Notes: generated from the sequence alone by a model not told the origin. A stretch of 53,655 nt of DNA from Nemertoderma westbladi (GCA_032718475.1 JAUCBJ010008297.1:1-53655); one strand, 5' to 3'; counted from the first letter of the stretch, positions 35,849 through 49,473 are shown. Program-made: numbers and translations.

Positions 35849-37301
35849 TTGGTCTTAATTATTATGTTAATGGTTAATTATTTACTGTATAATTGATATC
35901 CGACTACCCCTTATACTGAATAAACAAGTAAAAACTATTTTAGCATCATATCCATAGTTGAATACACAGCTGGTTAAAGGAGACAGTACTACGCCTCACC
36001 GGGCACCACACAATCAAATTTAGTTGCCTTGTAATGCCGCTAATAATCTAATACCGGCATCGTCCAGTGCCATCCGTTGCCACAGTACCGTATGCAACGT
36101 AATGTATTTCTGTGCTTGCGAAGCATTATTAACGATTACACAGTGTGACAGTAGGCCCTAATATATCCAAATAGTCTACTATGTAGTTGTGATGTGATTG
36201 TGATTGCGACAAAGTAATTGGTTATCTACAGTAGGCAATTCTGGATGGGACACGCAACTCCAACGGAATAGCTGTGGTATTGGTTGTTTGGCTCCGGTAA
36301 AACACATTTGTGTAAAAATCGATGAGATATTGATGTTTTGTACTCCGTACTGTAGAACGCAATATATAATAATAATTGACTCTCTCTTCGTACAGTAGGC
36401 CTACAGTAGTATATTCCCAAACATCAGTTGCCGTTTATGCTGCTGTTAGAAAGTACTTTGTAAGTACTGTAATCACTCTGTTATATATTTATCTTCAAAC
36501 TCTTGTCACAATTACCTAAAACAGTTTATTTTGGTAGGGCCTGCAGTCTATTTTACTCTTTGTTATAAGTTTGATATAAGTACAGTAGAGACCTACAGTA
36601 GGCCTATAGTAGTAATTTACAGTTTCTGTAAATACAGCAACAGCTAAGCATTCATCTTGCGGTACTGCAAAGTATCTCAATAATTGAACTAACCATTATA
36701 CAAATTGTAACTTATTGGGGTGCAATGAGATTCCTGTTATCTTCGGGAGAGGTGTAGGGGAGGGGGTAGGGGGGAGTTGTGATCCCTCTACTGTAGGTTT
36801 ACCTGGTTGTTCAGATGATAAGAGTTTGATGTAAAGCTGGAGTTACACTGTGGGTTGTTCGGATGTCGATGTGATTTTAGTAACCCAATGATTCACTTAT
36901 TGTTCCATGTTGACGAGTTGCACATGAAACACGATGTGCAATTAGATTATGGGTTGCACGCATAGGCATACTGCTCATCATTGTCCTCGGACGTCCCGAT
37001 CCTTGAGTGTCTTGTACTGTAGATTAGCTGGCCAATGTGCCGAGCGGTTAACATTGTTGTCTAAGAATTCGGGAGGGAAGGTAAACTCTGATGCAACGTG
37101 TAGCTGACGTGGACATATTTTGTCGTATTTACGTAGTCATATATCCTCCATAGCTTACTGAAGCTGCGTGGCGATCAATGATCAAAGGTTTTTAAAGATT
37201 ATAACAATAATTGTGTTATACAGTATGCTGTAAATGCAATCGGGATATCGTTATGGTGACTACATAACAGGTCACGATTAAGCACAACATGGCAAATGTC
37301 T

Positions 37302-37467
37302 GACGAAGGTCCGAATGGGACGATGGTCCGAATGGGACAAAGGTCCGAATGGACAAAGGTCCGAATGGGACGAAGGTCCGAATGGGACGAAGGTCCGAAT
37401 GGGACGAAGGTCCGAATGGGACGAAGGTCCGAATGGGACGAAGGTCCGAATGGAACGAAGGTCCGAA
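37302..37467 (+). repeat. 20-bp minisatellite (GGGACGAAGGTCCGAAT-containing unit, about 8 copies)
   Basis: Direct tandem array, with an inverted copy near 37493-37510. Confidence 0.9.
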
Positions 37468-37578
37468 ATAAAATAGAGCCCATGATGACCACATTCGGAC
37501 CTTCGACCCAATACCGTCTGTACCTGTTTGCTTTATTATCATTAGGGGTAACCTTTACATATATTTTTTCTAAAGTCT

Positions 37579-37641
37579 TTTTCGTAAGGTAAGGACTAAT
37601 GAGACAGCCCCCCTGTCTCATTAGTCCTTACCTTACGAAAA
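37579..37641. repeat. Perfect 29-bp inverted repeat with 5-nt loop
   Basis: TTTTCGTAAGGTAAGGACTAATGAGACAG-CCCCC-CTGTCTCATTAGTCCTTACCTTACGAAAA. Confidence 0.95.
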
Positions 37642-38400
37642 TGACTGGGGGGGGGGGGGGGGACTGGACGCAAAACCCATCTTGACGAATTAATATCCCG
37701 CCTCAATGTTAAATTCTCAACTTAGGGAAAGGAGCAGCTTACAGTGGTACGTTATTTTAACCAAAACAATAAACTAAACACAATAGAACAGGTTACATTT
37801 TTACAGGTTCATTTTTGTAAGTAATCAGCTGTTATTAGCGTCGAATTTCCCCTGGAGTTTATTGCGTCCAGTTTCCCCCTATCTGGTACTAATGGAACTT
37901 TATTATTATTATTACTGACGTATACAGTACTGTATTATATTGTTAATGTTATCGTCTCATAGTATAAGTTGTTTATATCATCGTAATATATATCATCGTC
38001 ATATAATCATTGTTTATACATAACAAAAATGTTTATTTATTTTTTAATTTTTATATTATTGGCCAATACAATAATACAAACATACATACAACCTCCCAAT
38101 GAGTGTAATTGCATAAACCTTATAGGCCTAGTAACAAATAATTTCAGAATAGTTTCAAAAATTCAGGCATATTGTAGTCTAAATAACACTAATATGCATT
38201 TTAAGTAGGCCTACTGTACATTACAATTTGTTTAAGGTTTGGATTTTGAGAAAAATTTAATATATTTGAGAAATTATTTATGTTGGTTTGTAGCCTCCTA
38301 GTTAAGTTTACTGCATATTTATACAGTATAAATTGGTATTACATTGAAAAAGAGTTAATTGCGAAATACAAACCTGTGGTTATTTATCTACACTGCGACA

Positions 38401-38961
38401 ATGTCTCTCTTAACTAACTTAGAAGAAAAGGTCAACTTTTTAACTGAATTCCGTAACAAAGTGAAGTTGTCGAGTGTTGATTTGATTCGAACGTGGAAGC
38501 ATTACGATAGCGACTGCAACGGCTTCATCGAGGGAATAGAAACCGGGAAATTTGTTGAGGATCTCCTCCTCAAAGAAGATAAAAACCCGTCTAAACAAAA
38601 TCTTCAGAAATATGAGGAAGCTGTGAAGCAACACTTCAGTGATCCTTTAGGGCGCGTTACTCTAACAATGATGTATCAACTGCTACCTGTGGAGGATAAC
38701 TTTCTGAGGCAGTTTCAGGATGTACAAAAGGAATTTTTTGATAGCGTTTTTCACCACTACGACCAAACGAAAACTAACGAACTCAACAGAGATGAGGTTA
38801 TGGCTTTTTGTTTGGATTTATTGACAAAAGATAAACCCAATAGTGTGGTAGAAGCTGAAGAACTTCAAAGGAGTGTCGATATGATATTTGAGATGATGGA
38901 TGCGGATAAAAACGGCTCATTATCGAAGAATGAATTGAAGATGGTGATTACGTCAATATAA
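38401..38961 (+). CDS. Calbindin/calretinin/secretagogin-family EF-hand protein, 186 aa, single exon
   Basis: WKHYDSDCNGFIEGIE, LLPVEDNFL, FHHYDQTKTNELNRDE, DADKNGSLSKNEL; first ATG at 38401; TATAAA near 38328. Confidence 0.85.
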   Translation: MSLLTNLEEKVNFLTEFRNKVKLSSVDLIRTWKHYDSDCNGFIEGIETGKFVEDLLLKEDKNPSKQNLQKYEEAVKQHFSDPLGRVTLTMMYQLLPVEDNFLRQFQDVQKEFFDSVFHHYDQTKTNELNRDEVMAFCLDLLTKDKPNSVVEAEELQRSVDMIFEMMDADKNGSLSKNELKMVITSI

Positions 38962-39038
38962 CTAAACATTAATTTGTACAACTGTACTACAGTATCTGTA
39001 GATTACATATAGATAGGGATCTGTATAGAAGGGTGTGT

Positions 39039-39069
<31 letters not shown>

Positions 39070-39642
39070 GGGTGGGGGGTTGAACCAATTAAAATTCAAA
39101 ATTCTCCAGGGATTATCATCCAAAATAGCAGTATGATTTTTAGACTCGTAAAAATAAATCAAAATTGTGCTGCACAATTGATCTTCATTGATTGATTTCG
39201 TTGGAATAAAGTGCCATTGTTACCTATCGTAACATTGTGACGATAGATATATTACCGTAATTCACCAAGATGCGACTTGCCTCAAGTGTCCCCTCCCCCT
39301 CCCACCGGTATCTAGATAGGATTATTATTCGTTTTTCCGGACAGCAGAGCAAAGCAGCCCAAAAAGAAGTACTGTAATTAAAATAAGCGGTCAAAAATAT
39401 GTAATACTCTGACTAAGGATATGGAATACTACTGTAGATTGACAATCTAATATTCTATGGAATGGACAAGCTTAAATCGTTTGCTGAACATAAGTGGTCG
39501 GGACACCGTAGACGCCGACGTTTAAGGTAGAATACCACCTGAATCAACCACCCTTCCTGAACGCAGATTAAGAAACAGCGCATAATGTTGGATACGTAAA
39601 CAATATGAGGTCATAAAAGCGTAGCCGTGGACGACCAGCTAT

Positions 39643-42600
39643 ACTACTACTACTAGGTCGAGCGAACTCGGACGGTGGAAATGAGATCCTTCCAGGCTCC
39701 CCGATTCTCCATAGTTGTCGCAATTTCGTTTCTCTCAAGTTCAGTATCCCTTTCAAGTTGATCTATATATGTTGTGGCCGGTCGTCCACGACTACGCTTT
39801 CCATGAGTTGGTTGCCAGAAAAATAGATCTGGTATGACCTCGTCTTTACTTCGCCAGCAGTGCCCACTGAATCTGTTTAGATTCCCTCCTTCCTCCTTTC
39901 CTCTCACATCCCATTGAGAGATCAGTGCAGCTCACTGCTGATCTACTGTACGAGCAACATTCTGACAGCCAGCCAATCGGCAAAGGCCAATTTATTGCAA
40001 ATTTCGCAAACGTCGGAGATTTTTTCTTTATGTATTATAATGGCTTCGCAAATTTTGCAAGCGCTGCGGTTTTAGCGAAATTCGCAAACGTTGCGATTTT
40101 CGCAAACATCACAAACGTCGGGATTTGTGTAATATATGGGATGCGTAAACAGACTTCAATGTTTCCAAAGACACAATTATTTCATAATTTTACTCTTTAG
40201 TTGTCCAAGTTGGTTCTATCATGGCCTACTATATTTATATAGTACCTGTATTTATAAATATACAGTAGTAGGCCATGGTTCTATATATTATTGTGAATAA
40301 ATTTTTGTAGATTCCCCCCCCCCCCCCCTTACTTGTTTTTGCAATAACGTATGAGGAGTCAGTCCAGCAAAAAGTTGCAATAACATGTTGCTTCGTGTTA
40401 GAAATTGATTAGCAAACTTGAGGGTCAAAATTACAGAGTAGTAAATAGACACACATATAATTTCATGTAATTGTGAAATTGTAACTTTAATTTAATACAT
40501 AACCAATAAATGGTGAGTGCAGTTTATACATACAATATAGGAAATAACATTGAACAGATGGAGAATATAATAGAATACAAAATACAGCACAATAATTATA
40601 AGATAATAAAGCAAAGATGGTGTCCCAATAAAGGTGTCCAATAAGGGTGTCCTAATAAAGGTGTCCCATGAATGGATATATAGAGAAATATAAATGAAAT
40701 ACTGCCGCCGTGCTCTTTTCCCTTAATTGGTAAAGTGATCGTTTATTGTTTTGGTTATAAAGATCCGCCTCTGTAACCTGCTCCTTTCCCTTAATTGTTA
40801 AGGGGAGCTGGTACCCCAGGCTATCTCCATACATTTTACTATTAACACATATGTACCCATTACACTCGTTCTACGATATGGAATTTCATGAAAATTTCCA
40901 GAATGGCGCAGTAACTATCGAGACACACCTTGAACCTAAAAAAATTTGAAATTTTTGTTTGTGTCTATGTTTGAGGGTCACTTAAGGGGGGGGGGGGGGG
41001 GTACACCCCCCCTCAGGTCAAAATTTTCATTTTTTGTTTTTTTATTTCATCTAGAGTAGAATTTAATGCGGATTTCAAATCTGGAAACGGCTTAGCGAGA
41101 TCTCTTTTACTTCTCGAGTAATGGCTGGTTTTCCGTCTGTATGTCTGTCTGTCTGTCCATCAAAATATTAAAAAGGGCATAAAATAAGCAATCTGAAATG
41201 TTTACTGTTAGGATTTTTCATAATGTCGATGTCTGTTTTAATATTTGGAATTATCTAATCACTATGTCTGTATCTCAGTCTGTCTCTCAGTTTGTCTGTC
41301 TGTTTGTATGTCTGTCTGTCTGTCAACATGTCCGTCAAATTTTAATTAATATATATTTAATAGATATTTGTGAGTTTTGTATTACATATTGAACAGTTGT
41401 CTAATGGACTAGTTGTCTACTAGTAATAACAAACGTGAACCATCATATAACAATAGCTAGTAATAATTATTCTGGGAAACAACCATAAACTTATTTTTTT
41501 TAAATTCCGCAGGCTCTGAGAATAATTCACGTGCTGCGCGAAGTCTTCATGTGCAGCATGAACTTTTCATGTGCCGCGTGAAGGCTTCTCATTCTGATCA
41601 AAAAGCTTTCCGAGGTGCTCGATTAATTAACGTGCTTTATGAAGAATTTAAGTGCTACGTGAAACCTTCACCTGCTGCGCAAATGTCTCACGTGCTGCGC
41701 GAAGGTTTCACGTGCTGCGCAAAGCTTAATGTTCTGTGTAAAGGCTTATTATAAAATTATGTGTAAATTTTTATATAACTTTGAATGTTTCTTAAGGTTA
41801 TCTCATTATTCCATGACTATTTATTACTAAATGACGAAATAGTATGCGATTAAATCAATACGCCAAAATGTAATTTGTTCACGTGCTGCGCGAAGTGTTT
41901 GTTGGAAAGCACACTAAAATTATTTTAACAGGTTGTTAAAAGTGGGTAGGGGTTTTTTTGAACCAAATTTCATGAAATCCATTGAGAAATCACAAAATAT
42001 GGATAGGGGATAACCAATGGGAAAAGAAAAGGAGATACCAGTACTGAAAATAGCGGGAACATTTGAAATATATTGTTCTTAAACTTTAAATGCGTTTATC
42101 TCGGAATTGTATTTTTCACATTCAAAATACTACTACTCAGCCATTTCTTAACCAATTTTCGAAATTTTTTTTTGTTTGATTTCTTTTCGGATTTTGATCA
42201 AAAGTTATCGGTTAGAATTTTGAATTGTGCCATATTAATTTCTTGAAATTAGTTAATATCTATTAAGTAATAATTAATATTAGTTAATAATATTTAAAAA
42301 ATATTTAAGACCTAAATAAAAAATGTAACCGATAAGTTTTGTGGAGCCGAGGATGCTGATTCAGAAAAATCAAGTTTCGAAAATTTTCGCCCAAAATTGT
42401 GAGACTAGTAGTGTTTTTAGTGAAATTAACAATTTCGCTGGTGGCCGCTAGAGGGCGACGCAAATTTGAAAATTTTTTTTTTGAACCCAATCTTTGGCCA
42501 TATGTTAATCCCCCGAAAGGTATAAAATATACAAAATTACACACAAGCAGAAATTATAGCCATTTGCAAAAAAGGTCCATAGGGGGGTGTACCCCCCCCC

Positions 42601-44945
42601 CCCCCCCCTTAATTGCACCCAAAACCAACAAATGACACATTTTCGAAGTTTATATTAGAAATACATTTGATAATTGTTTTAAACATATGTTTTTAGAGGT
42701 TCCACAATTGTGTCTCACTACAACAAACCTGCTGCGAAAATTTCAACCAATTCCATCAAGCCGTTCTCAAGCAAAAGTTACATTTATTTCTAAATTCATC
42801 TGTGTTCACGGAGGGTCTTGATACAGGTGGTATTGTACCATAAAGCTCGGCGTTTGTCATGTGTTGTCTCCAGCTGATGTTTAGGGCTGCCCTTAGTAGT
42901 CTTGTGTAGCAACCATAAATTCGTTGTTCAAGTGATTTAGTCAGTGTCCAGGTCTCACCCCCGTATAAAAATACACTTTCCACTGTGGCTCGAAAGAACT
43001 TGGTTTTCAGGTGCCTGGAGAGATCTGATTTCCAGATGGTATCAATTAAAAGCCTTTGCTTTCCTAACTTATACTGTATGTCCTTTTTCCTACTCTCTAT
43101 CTATGATCCTAGGTACTGGAAGTCGTCAACCTTCCTTAGTTGATTATTATTATCAATGGTTGTCAAGTTTCCATCAACATTAAAAGTCATGAATTCGGTC
43201 TTGGTAGCATTTATATGCAATCCAACCTCCTTAGCAGCCCTCTCCACTTTATTTAGTAGAAGCTGTGCATCTGCTAGCGTATTAGAGAGCAGGGCGATGT
43301 CATCCGCAAAGTCGGTGTCTGTGACTGTAGTTGCCGGATATCTACTACATCTGCGTTCTTGAGGTGTATTACAAATACTGTAGTAATGGTGCTAATGTGT
43401 CACCTTGCAGTACGCCAGCCAGGATTGATAAAAACTCAGTTTCACCAACTGGTGAGAGTACCTGTGCTTCTGTGCTTCTGTGTCACAATATAACAATCCA
43501 ATGCCAGCAACGATTACTTCTGGTACTCCATAAGCTCTTAGGATTTCAAGCATTTTACCTCTATGGATGGAGTCGAATGCATTCTTGTAGTCCACAAACG
43601 TCATGACTGCGGTGAGATTCTTTGACTTAATTCCTTCAATCAGTCTATGTAGTGCAAGTATCTGAGTTATTGTTGATCTACTTGGTCGAAATCCGTTTTG
43701 GCTCTTACGCAGTAGTTTCTCTATGTGAGGCCTAATCCTATATAGAATCATTTTATTGTATATTTTGACAGCTACCACAAGCAGACAGATCCCACGATAG
43801 TTTGTTGGTATACCGAGGTCTCCTTTCTTGGGGAGAGGCTTTAGTTGACCTTTAGTCCAAATTGGTGGTGGCTTTTCCCCTTTTAGCATCCGGTTGCAAA
43901 CATTCAATAATGGTCTGTTTAGCACTCCTGTTTTCCATACCTCCGCTGGGATTTCATCTAATCCACTCGCTTTATTATTGGACATGCTTTTAATGCTTCT
44001 TTGGAGTTCGGCAGGTGTGAAGTCACCTGTCTCTATAGGTAGTGTCTTGTTGTCATATATATTTTCCTTGTAGAGCTGTCCTCGATGTTTGGTGGCTGCC
44101 CAAGCAAGTTGCTGTAGTGATTTTTCCGCTTCCCAACACGTTCTTCGGGACGATCGGCTTTGAGGCGCCCCTTTACCCAACTTTTCCGACCAGATACCTC
44201 ATTTACAGTTTGCCAGGTAAGTCTTGATTGTTGCTGTATGTGAGCAGTTGTACTGTAATTGCTTCAATTTTATCCTGTATGTACTTTTCCTGGCTGATGT
44301 TGTAGGCCAATTTAAGATCGTCCTTAGCTTTCTCAACCTTGTTAATGTTTTCGGTTGTTGGTTGTTCGGTTTTAACTTTGTAGGCTATCTTAAGATCTTC
44401 TCTCTTACAAGTAACCTCAGAGTTTTGCCATGGCACATACTGTTTTCGTTTGGGTTCCTGGGGGATATGCCTCTTAGCTGATTCCTTGTGGGCTTTTATT
44501 ATATTCTGGTATATTGAATCGGTGGACTGGTCTTCATCCATTGACTGAAGTGCTTCAAAGCGGTTTTGAACTTTTACTGTGTAAGCATCCTTTACTGCAT
44601 TGTCAGTTCTGAGTTTCTCCCAGTCATAGTTGATTTGCTTGCTTGTACTGGGTTTGCTGGCTCTCAATCTGAGTCTGATCTCTGCAGTCACAATTCTGTG
44701 GTCCGAACCAATTAGGTTGAACGAGCTGTATGCCTCGCAGTTGATCATGCTGTTTCTCCACTTTTTGTTTATAATGATGTAATCCAGTTGTGCTTTGGTT
44801 CCATTAGGGTATTGAAAGGTCTATAGCTGCCCCTTACTCTTTTCGAATGTGTTGTTTGTTAGTATCAATTCACATTCTTCCATTAGGTCTAAAAGTAAGT
44901 ACCCATTTCTGTTAGAACTGGTGTTATGGGTGTAACCCTTGATGT
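39643..44945 (-). mobile_element. Decayed RTE-clade LINE, split by about 2.9 kb of insertions (about 39880-42815)
   Basis: Endonuclease end (QLDYII, SDHRIV), NYRGI, QNGFR, GVLQGD, DFADD, LYGGETW; resumes at RFSGHCWR...RGRP; (TAG)n tail. Confidence 0.85.
40986..42608. mobile_element. Non-autonomous DNA transposon, Kolobok-like
   Basis: TTAA on both sides (40982, 42609); TIRs G16-TACACCCCCC / GGGGGGTGTA-C17; GG..CC termini fit Kolobok rather than piggyBac (CC..GG). Confidence 0.7.
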
Positions 44946-45639
44946 TCGACCACCTAGCCAGACGACCAGCTATGGCATACAGTACTGTATTTAGATCAAC
45001 TTGAAAGGGATACTGGACTTGGGAGAATGAAACGAAATTGCAACAACAATCGGGAAGCCTGGACGGATCTAATTTCCACTGTCCGAGCTCGCTCGACCTA
45101 CTGTAGTCGCAGTACTGGGAGATATCTTAATGGCGGTCTGGTACTCTCCAAATTAAAGTGAATATTGCTGGAAACGAAACTGAATTGGTTGTGCCAAACT
45201 AAACTAGAAAGCCAGCAAGCTGGCTGGAAGGAGCCCGGGGGAAGAATCCTAGCCAAGAATATTATAATTGAACTATGTCAGTCAGCGGTAAGTAATCTAA
45301 ACAATAAACTACAGGTAGTAAAGAGTGAGGATAGCTGACTTTGTGGCTGAAAAAATGAAACTTTGCTACCAGTAACAAAAATATAATATGAAGCAAATAA
45401 TTTCATTATCAAGCACGTTTACAAGATACAGTATAAGATTACCGAATATTTATTAAAAATCCCCTTGATGCACAACCAGATAAATAACAACGAATAGAGC
45501 CAAATAATAAATTTAATTTCCTTCTATAGGTATTACCCCGTCATCTGAATATCTCTTCCCAGTGAATCCTATGTGAATATCTGTAAGTTTACTCACTGCT
45601 AAGTTAGGACAATTTTGGAGGTGTTTCATTAGTATCCTC

Positions 45640-45900
45640 TAGATTGACACTTGAACGGAACCGCCTCCGCTTGCTTTCCAGGACATTGCTTTGGCTGTGA
45701 GGACCAACCAGTGTATAATATTGTGCTTTGGCGGCCTGATGGAGTGAATAAGCATGGTGGACAGCCAATGAATTTCTTGAAACGCATCTTTAAGGACACT
45801 GGCCTTGAGTGATGCGGATGATCTAGCAAATGTCATGGATGATAGACTGATAGGGAGTTGTGGCGGCGCAATTTGATCGAAAAGCGGGCACAGCATTCTG
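45640..45900 (+). mobile_element. Degenerate RTE 3' fragment
   Basis: Homologous to 35267-35510, in the opposite orientation. Confidence 0.75.
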
Positions 45901-46066
45901 AATATATCTATATATGTAATATATAGGCCTATATAGTGTAGCATGCCGAGTGTAGTACAGTAGTAGTAGTATTTTAATAAATATACCATATCCTGGAACA
46001 TTTTGTTTATCTCATAAGTACGTACATACTGTAGCTGGGCAACAAAACAATAGGCCTACCTCTATA

Positions 46067-46926
46067 CACCATGTCCCAGAATATAATATCGTAATTCAGT
46101 GACACCCCCCCCCCCCCCCTAATTTTTCTACAAATCTTAATGAGATTGCATGAAATTTGAAACAGAGATAGTTTCACCTCCCGACTACTGACTGGGTGAG
46201 CCAGAATTTTTATTTTTGCTTTCAATCTTTAGCTACAAGCGTTTAAAAAAAGTGTCTCCAGCGATATTACACCAGTTACTCCGCAGTAATTCTTCTACCT
46301 TATAGCTGTTTGTTGGTACCAATGGAAAGCTAGTCATGCAAGGATTCCAAATATGTAACACATTTAAGGAACAAGCCGTGGATCATCAGTAGAGACTAGA
46401 GGTTGACGCCATGGTAATATGGCATTCTAATGTTGCATGTACCTACAGTATTTGGTACCCATGCGAGCCATTTATTCTATATAATAAATATACCATATTC
46501 TAGAACATTTTGTTTATCCAATAGGAGCTGGGCAACAATGCATTGTCTCTTATTCATATTATTACGTAGCTATTCATACATAAACAAAATGTTCTAGAAT
46601 ATTGTGTTTATATTTAAAAAGACCTATATAAAATAACCTCATGTAGGTGCAAAACCTTACATGGCCAGCTTTCCATCAGTACCAACAAATCACTATAAGG
46701 TTGAAGAATGACAGCAGTGAAGAATGACTGGTGAAAAAACGCCCGGGGACACCTTTTTCAAACGCTTGTAGCTAAAGATTGAATGCAAGAATAAAAATTC
46801 TGGCTCACCCAGCAAGGAGGAGGGAGGTGAAACTATCTGTTTCAAATTTCATGTAATCCCATTTGTATAAAAATTTGGGGGGTCCTGCTTGAATAACGAC
46901 ACTACTGTATATTCCAGGACATGGTG
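46067..46926. mobile_element. MITE/foldback element with about 270-bp imperfect TIRs, Tc1/mariner-like
   Basis: TA|CACCATGTCC...GGACATGGTG|TA; long inverted arms (46067-46335 / 46665-46926). Confidence 0.75.
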
Positions 46927-47306
46927 TAATACAGTAGGGCCTAATACTACTGTAGTAGGCCTACATTAATATTCCTTCACGCATAAAACAAAATGTTCAG
47001 GAACATGGTGTAGGCACCCAAATTGAATAAATGGCCTGTAACGGAAGTAAATACGTGAAACTTTCCAATGGCCGTATCTCAGCAAGGCTATTTCCAAGGC
47101 GTCCTAAACGATAGATTTTTTATTTATTTCTATGGAATTAATTTCGCACTACCAAATATCCAGGGCGACATATTTTCTAACTTTATATCGCAGTGCGACA
47201 TTATTTCTCAGTATGTCCCTACGCCATACATTGTACTATGTATTTCCAGTATGTCACTGCGTCATTATTAGGTTGTTCTATAAAGTTTATAAAGAAAGTG
47301 AATAAC

Positions 47307-47508
47307 TACAAATAATTCCCCACAAATAAATAAAATAAGAATAAGATAATAAGAAGTAAAATAGCACTTTATAGCGTTACGGGACGAGTGATTTTGTATC
47401 CCGAGCGATAGCGAGGGAAATAACAAAACGAGGACCGTAAAAGCTTTAAAGTACTAATTATGAACAATGGCGAATCTAATTTTATTTATTTGTGGGGAAT
47501 TATTTGTA
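47307..47508. mobile_element. About 200-bp palindromic MITE-like element
   Basis: About 30-bp TIR TACAAATAATTCCCCACAAATAAATAAAA; central CGAGCGATAGCGAG. Confidence 0.65.
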
Positions 47509-47636
47509 CTAAGGAGACGGTAAGGTGAGCCAACCAACCACCAATGTTAAGGCAGAATCAACAGCCGACGTGAGACCATGGAGCCCATTTTGGCACTTAG
47601 AAGGATAATTGAAGAGTTATCAAAAAAGAAAGACAC

Positions 47637-49450
47637 TACTACTACTACTAGGATCGGCATGCTGCATTGCAGCTGCATTTTTAAGAATGCTGTGCCGGCT
47701 TATCGACAAAATTGCACCGCCACAACTCCCTATCACCCATGACATTTGCTAGATCATCCGCATCTTCAAGGCCAGTGTCCTTTAAGATGCGTCTCAAGAA
47801 AGTCATGGGCTGTCCACCATGCTTATTCACTCCATGGGGCTGCCAAAGTACAAGATTATGCACTGGGTGGTCCTCACGGCGAAAGCAATGTCCTGCAAAG
47901 CGGAGGCGATTTTGTTCTAGTGTCAAGCTTGGGGGAACCAATGAGACACCTCCAATGTTATATAGTGTCTGGTTGGAGATATGTGCATTGTACTTTCTTT
48001 TTTGATTTCTCTCAATTATCCTTCTAAGTGCCAAAATGGGCTCCATGGTCCCACGACCTTTACGGAACCCATTCTGATTTCCACGGAGCAGTCTCTCAAT
48101 GGGATCCCTGATGCGATTTAATAGAATTCTATTGTATAGCTTTGCAGCAATCGAGATCAATGAGATTCCCCGAAAAGAACCATAGAGTGTTAGGTTGCCC
48201 TTCTTGGGAACTGGCACCAACTTATTTGTTTTCATTTCTTGTGGGACTCTTGTTGTTCGGTACATGTCTACTATGATGGGATAGATGAGCTTTAAACACT
48301 CAGGTATTTTAAAGACCTCAGGGGGAACACCCTCTACTCCACTGGCACGATTGGTCTTAATGCTCTTTGCAGCAGCCTTCACTTCTGCAAAAGAGATATC
48401 ACCAATGGGAATATCTGGGAGTACAAACTCAGACACTTTTACTTCTATAAAGTTATCAGGCAATACCCTGTCATTATTGAGGAGCTTTTCAAAGTGGGCC
48501 TTCCAACCATTGAGGCGATCGGCTAGTGATTCAGCCTTAACCTTGGTGGCTGGTTGGCTTTTTCGACCAGTAAGCAAGTTGATTGATCTCCATGCCTGGG
48601 ATGATTGCCTGCTGTCGTCAGCATCATTGATGGCGTCAACCTGTTGGTTTATTAGCTCCTGCAAATTAATAGAGTACTGCCTGTTCAGGGACCTCGATTC
48701 AGCCTTAACTGCATTCTTGGCCGCTGTAGACTGTTTGAGTCGGGACTCTTTCTGAGCCTTGTAGAGGTCATTTCGGCACTTCTGAATTTTGTTGTCAGTC
48801 CAGGGGGCCCGTTTCCTGTTTCGAGGGTATACAGGAACTGTTTCTGCAGCTGCTAACTTAACTGCCTCTGTGAAGGCAGTATAGCCCTCACAGTGATCTC
48901 CCGTCTCAGAGGCAAGAAGCTCATACCTGTTGCTCAGCTGTAGTGTGAAGCTGGATCTCACACTTGGCTGTTGCAACAGAGAGGACCAGTCATGCCGCGG
49001 CAAGGCAGATTTCGTTGCTCTGCTAGCACGCAAACTAAGTCTTACCTTGGCCACAATAAGGCGGTGATCACTGGAGAAGGGTCGAAGTGTCAATGCATTA
49101 CAGTCTTGTATAGAGCTCCTGCATTTCCTACGAAACAGGATATGGTCTATCTGGGACTTGTGACCACTGGGTCCGCTAGGAGTCCATAGCTTTCCCGTTC
49201 GCTTCTTGGACTGGGTTCCAGCCAAAAACAATCAATTTCCAGAGATAAAATCCTGTAGATGGACGGAATTTCGGTTAACACATTTGCTATATACCCAGGG
49301 TGATGTAGGTGATTGATGCAGAGTCTCCCAGGAATGTTAAGAATGCATGCTGATCCACTCCATCAGTAGCTGCTTGTAGATTGTGGTAGAAATTTTCCTC
49401 TACAGGGGCAACACAAGTTGGAGAGTAGCACACAATCAGAACCACCTTAG
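47637..49450 (-). mobile_element. RTE-clade LINE with the RT core deleted; ORF 47681-49231 stays open
   Basis: QIDHIL, SSDHRL, PKKG, FRGISL, QNGFR, then a jump to ISNQTLY...RLRFAGH; (TAG)n tail. Confidence 0.88.
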
Positions 49451-49473
49451 GAAATTTCTAGGAAATTTCTAGG

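Noticed and set aside
36745-37190. G-rich tract and GC-richer segment as an exon or G-quadruplex
   Set aside because: No recognisable protein in the frames I read, and no supporting conservation.
37199-37621. Repeat-protein ORFs or a CRISPR-like array (also 50415-52140)
   Set aside because: Head-to-tail minisatellites without unique spacers, in a eukaryotic context with no cas genes.
38359-38400. TTG start for the calbindin-like ORF
   Set aside because: Eukaryotic locus; the ATG at 38401 fits the family N-terminus.
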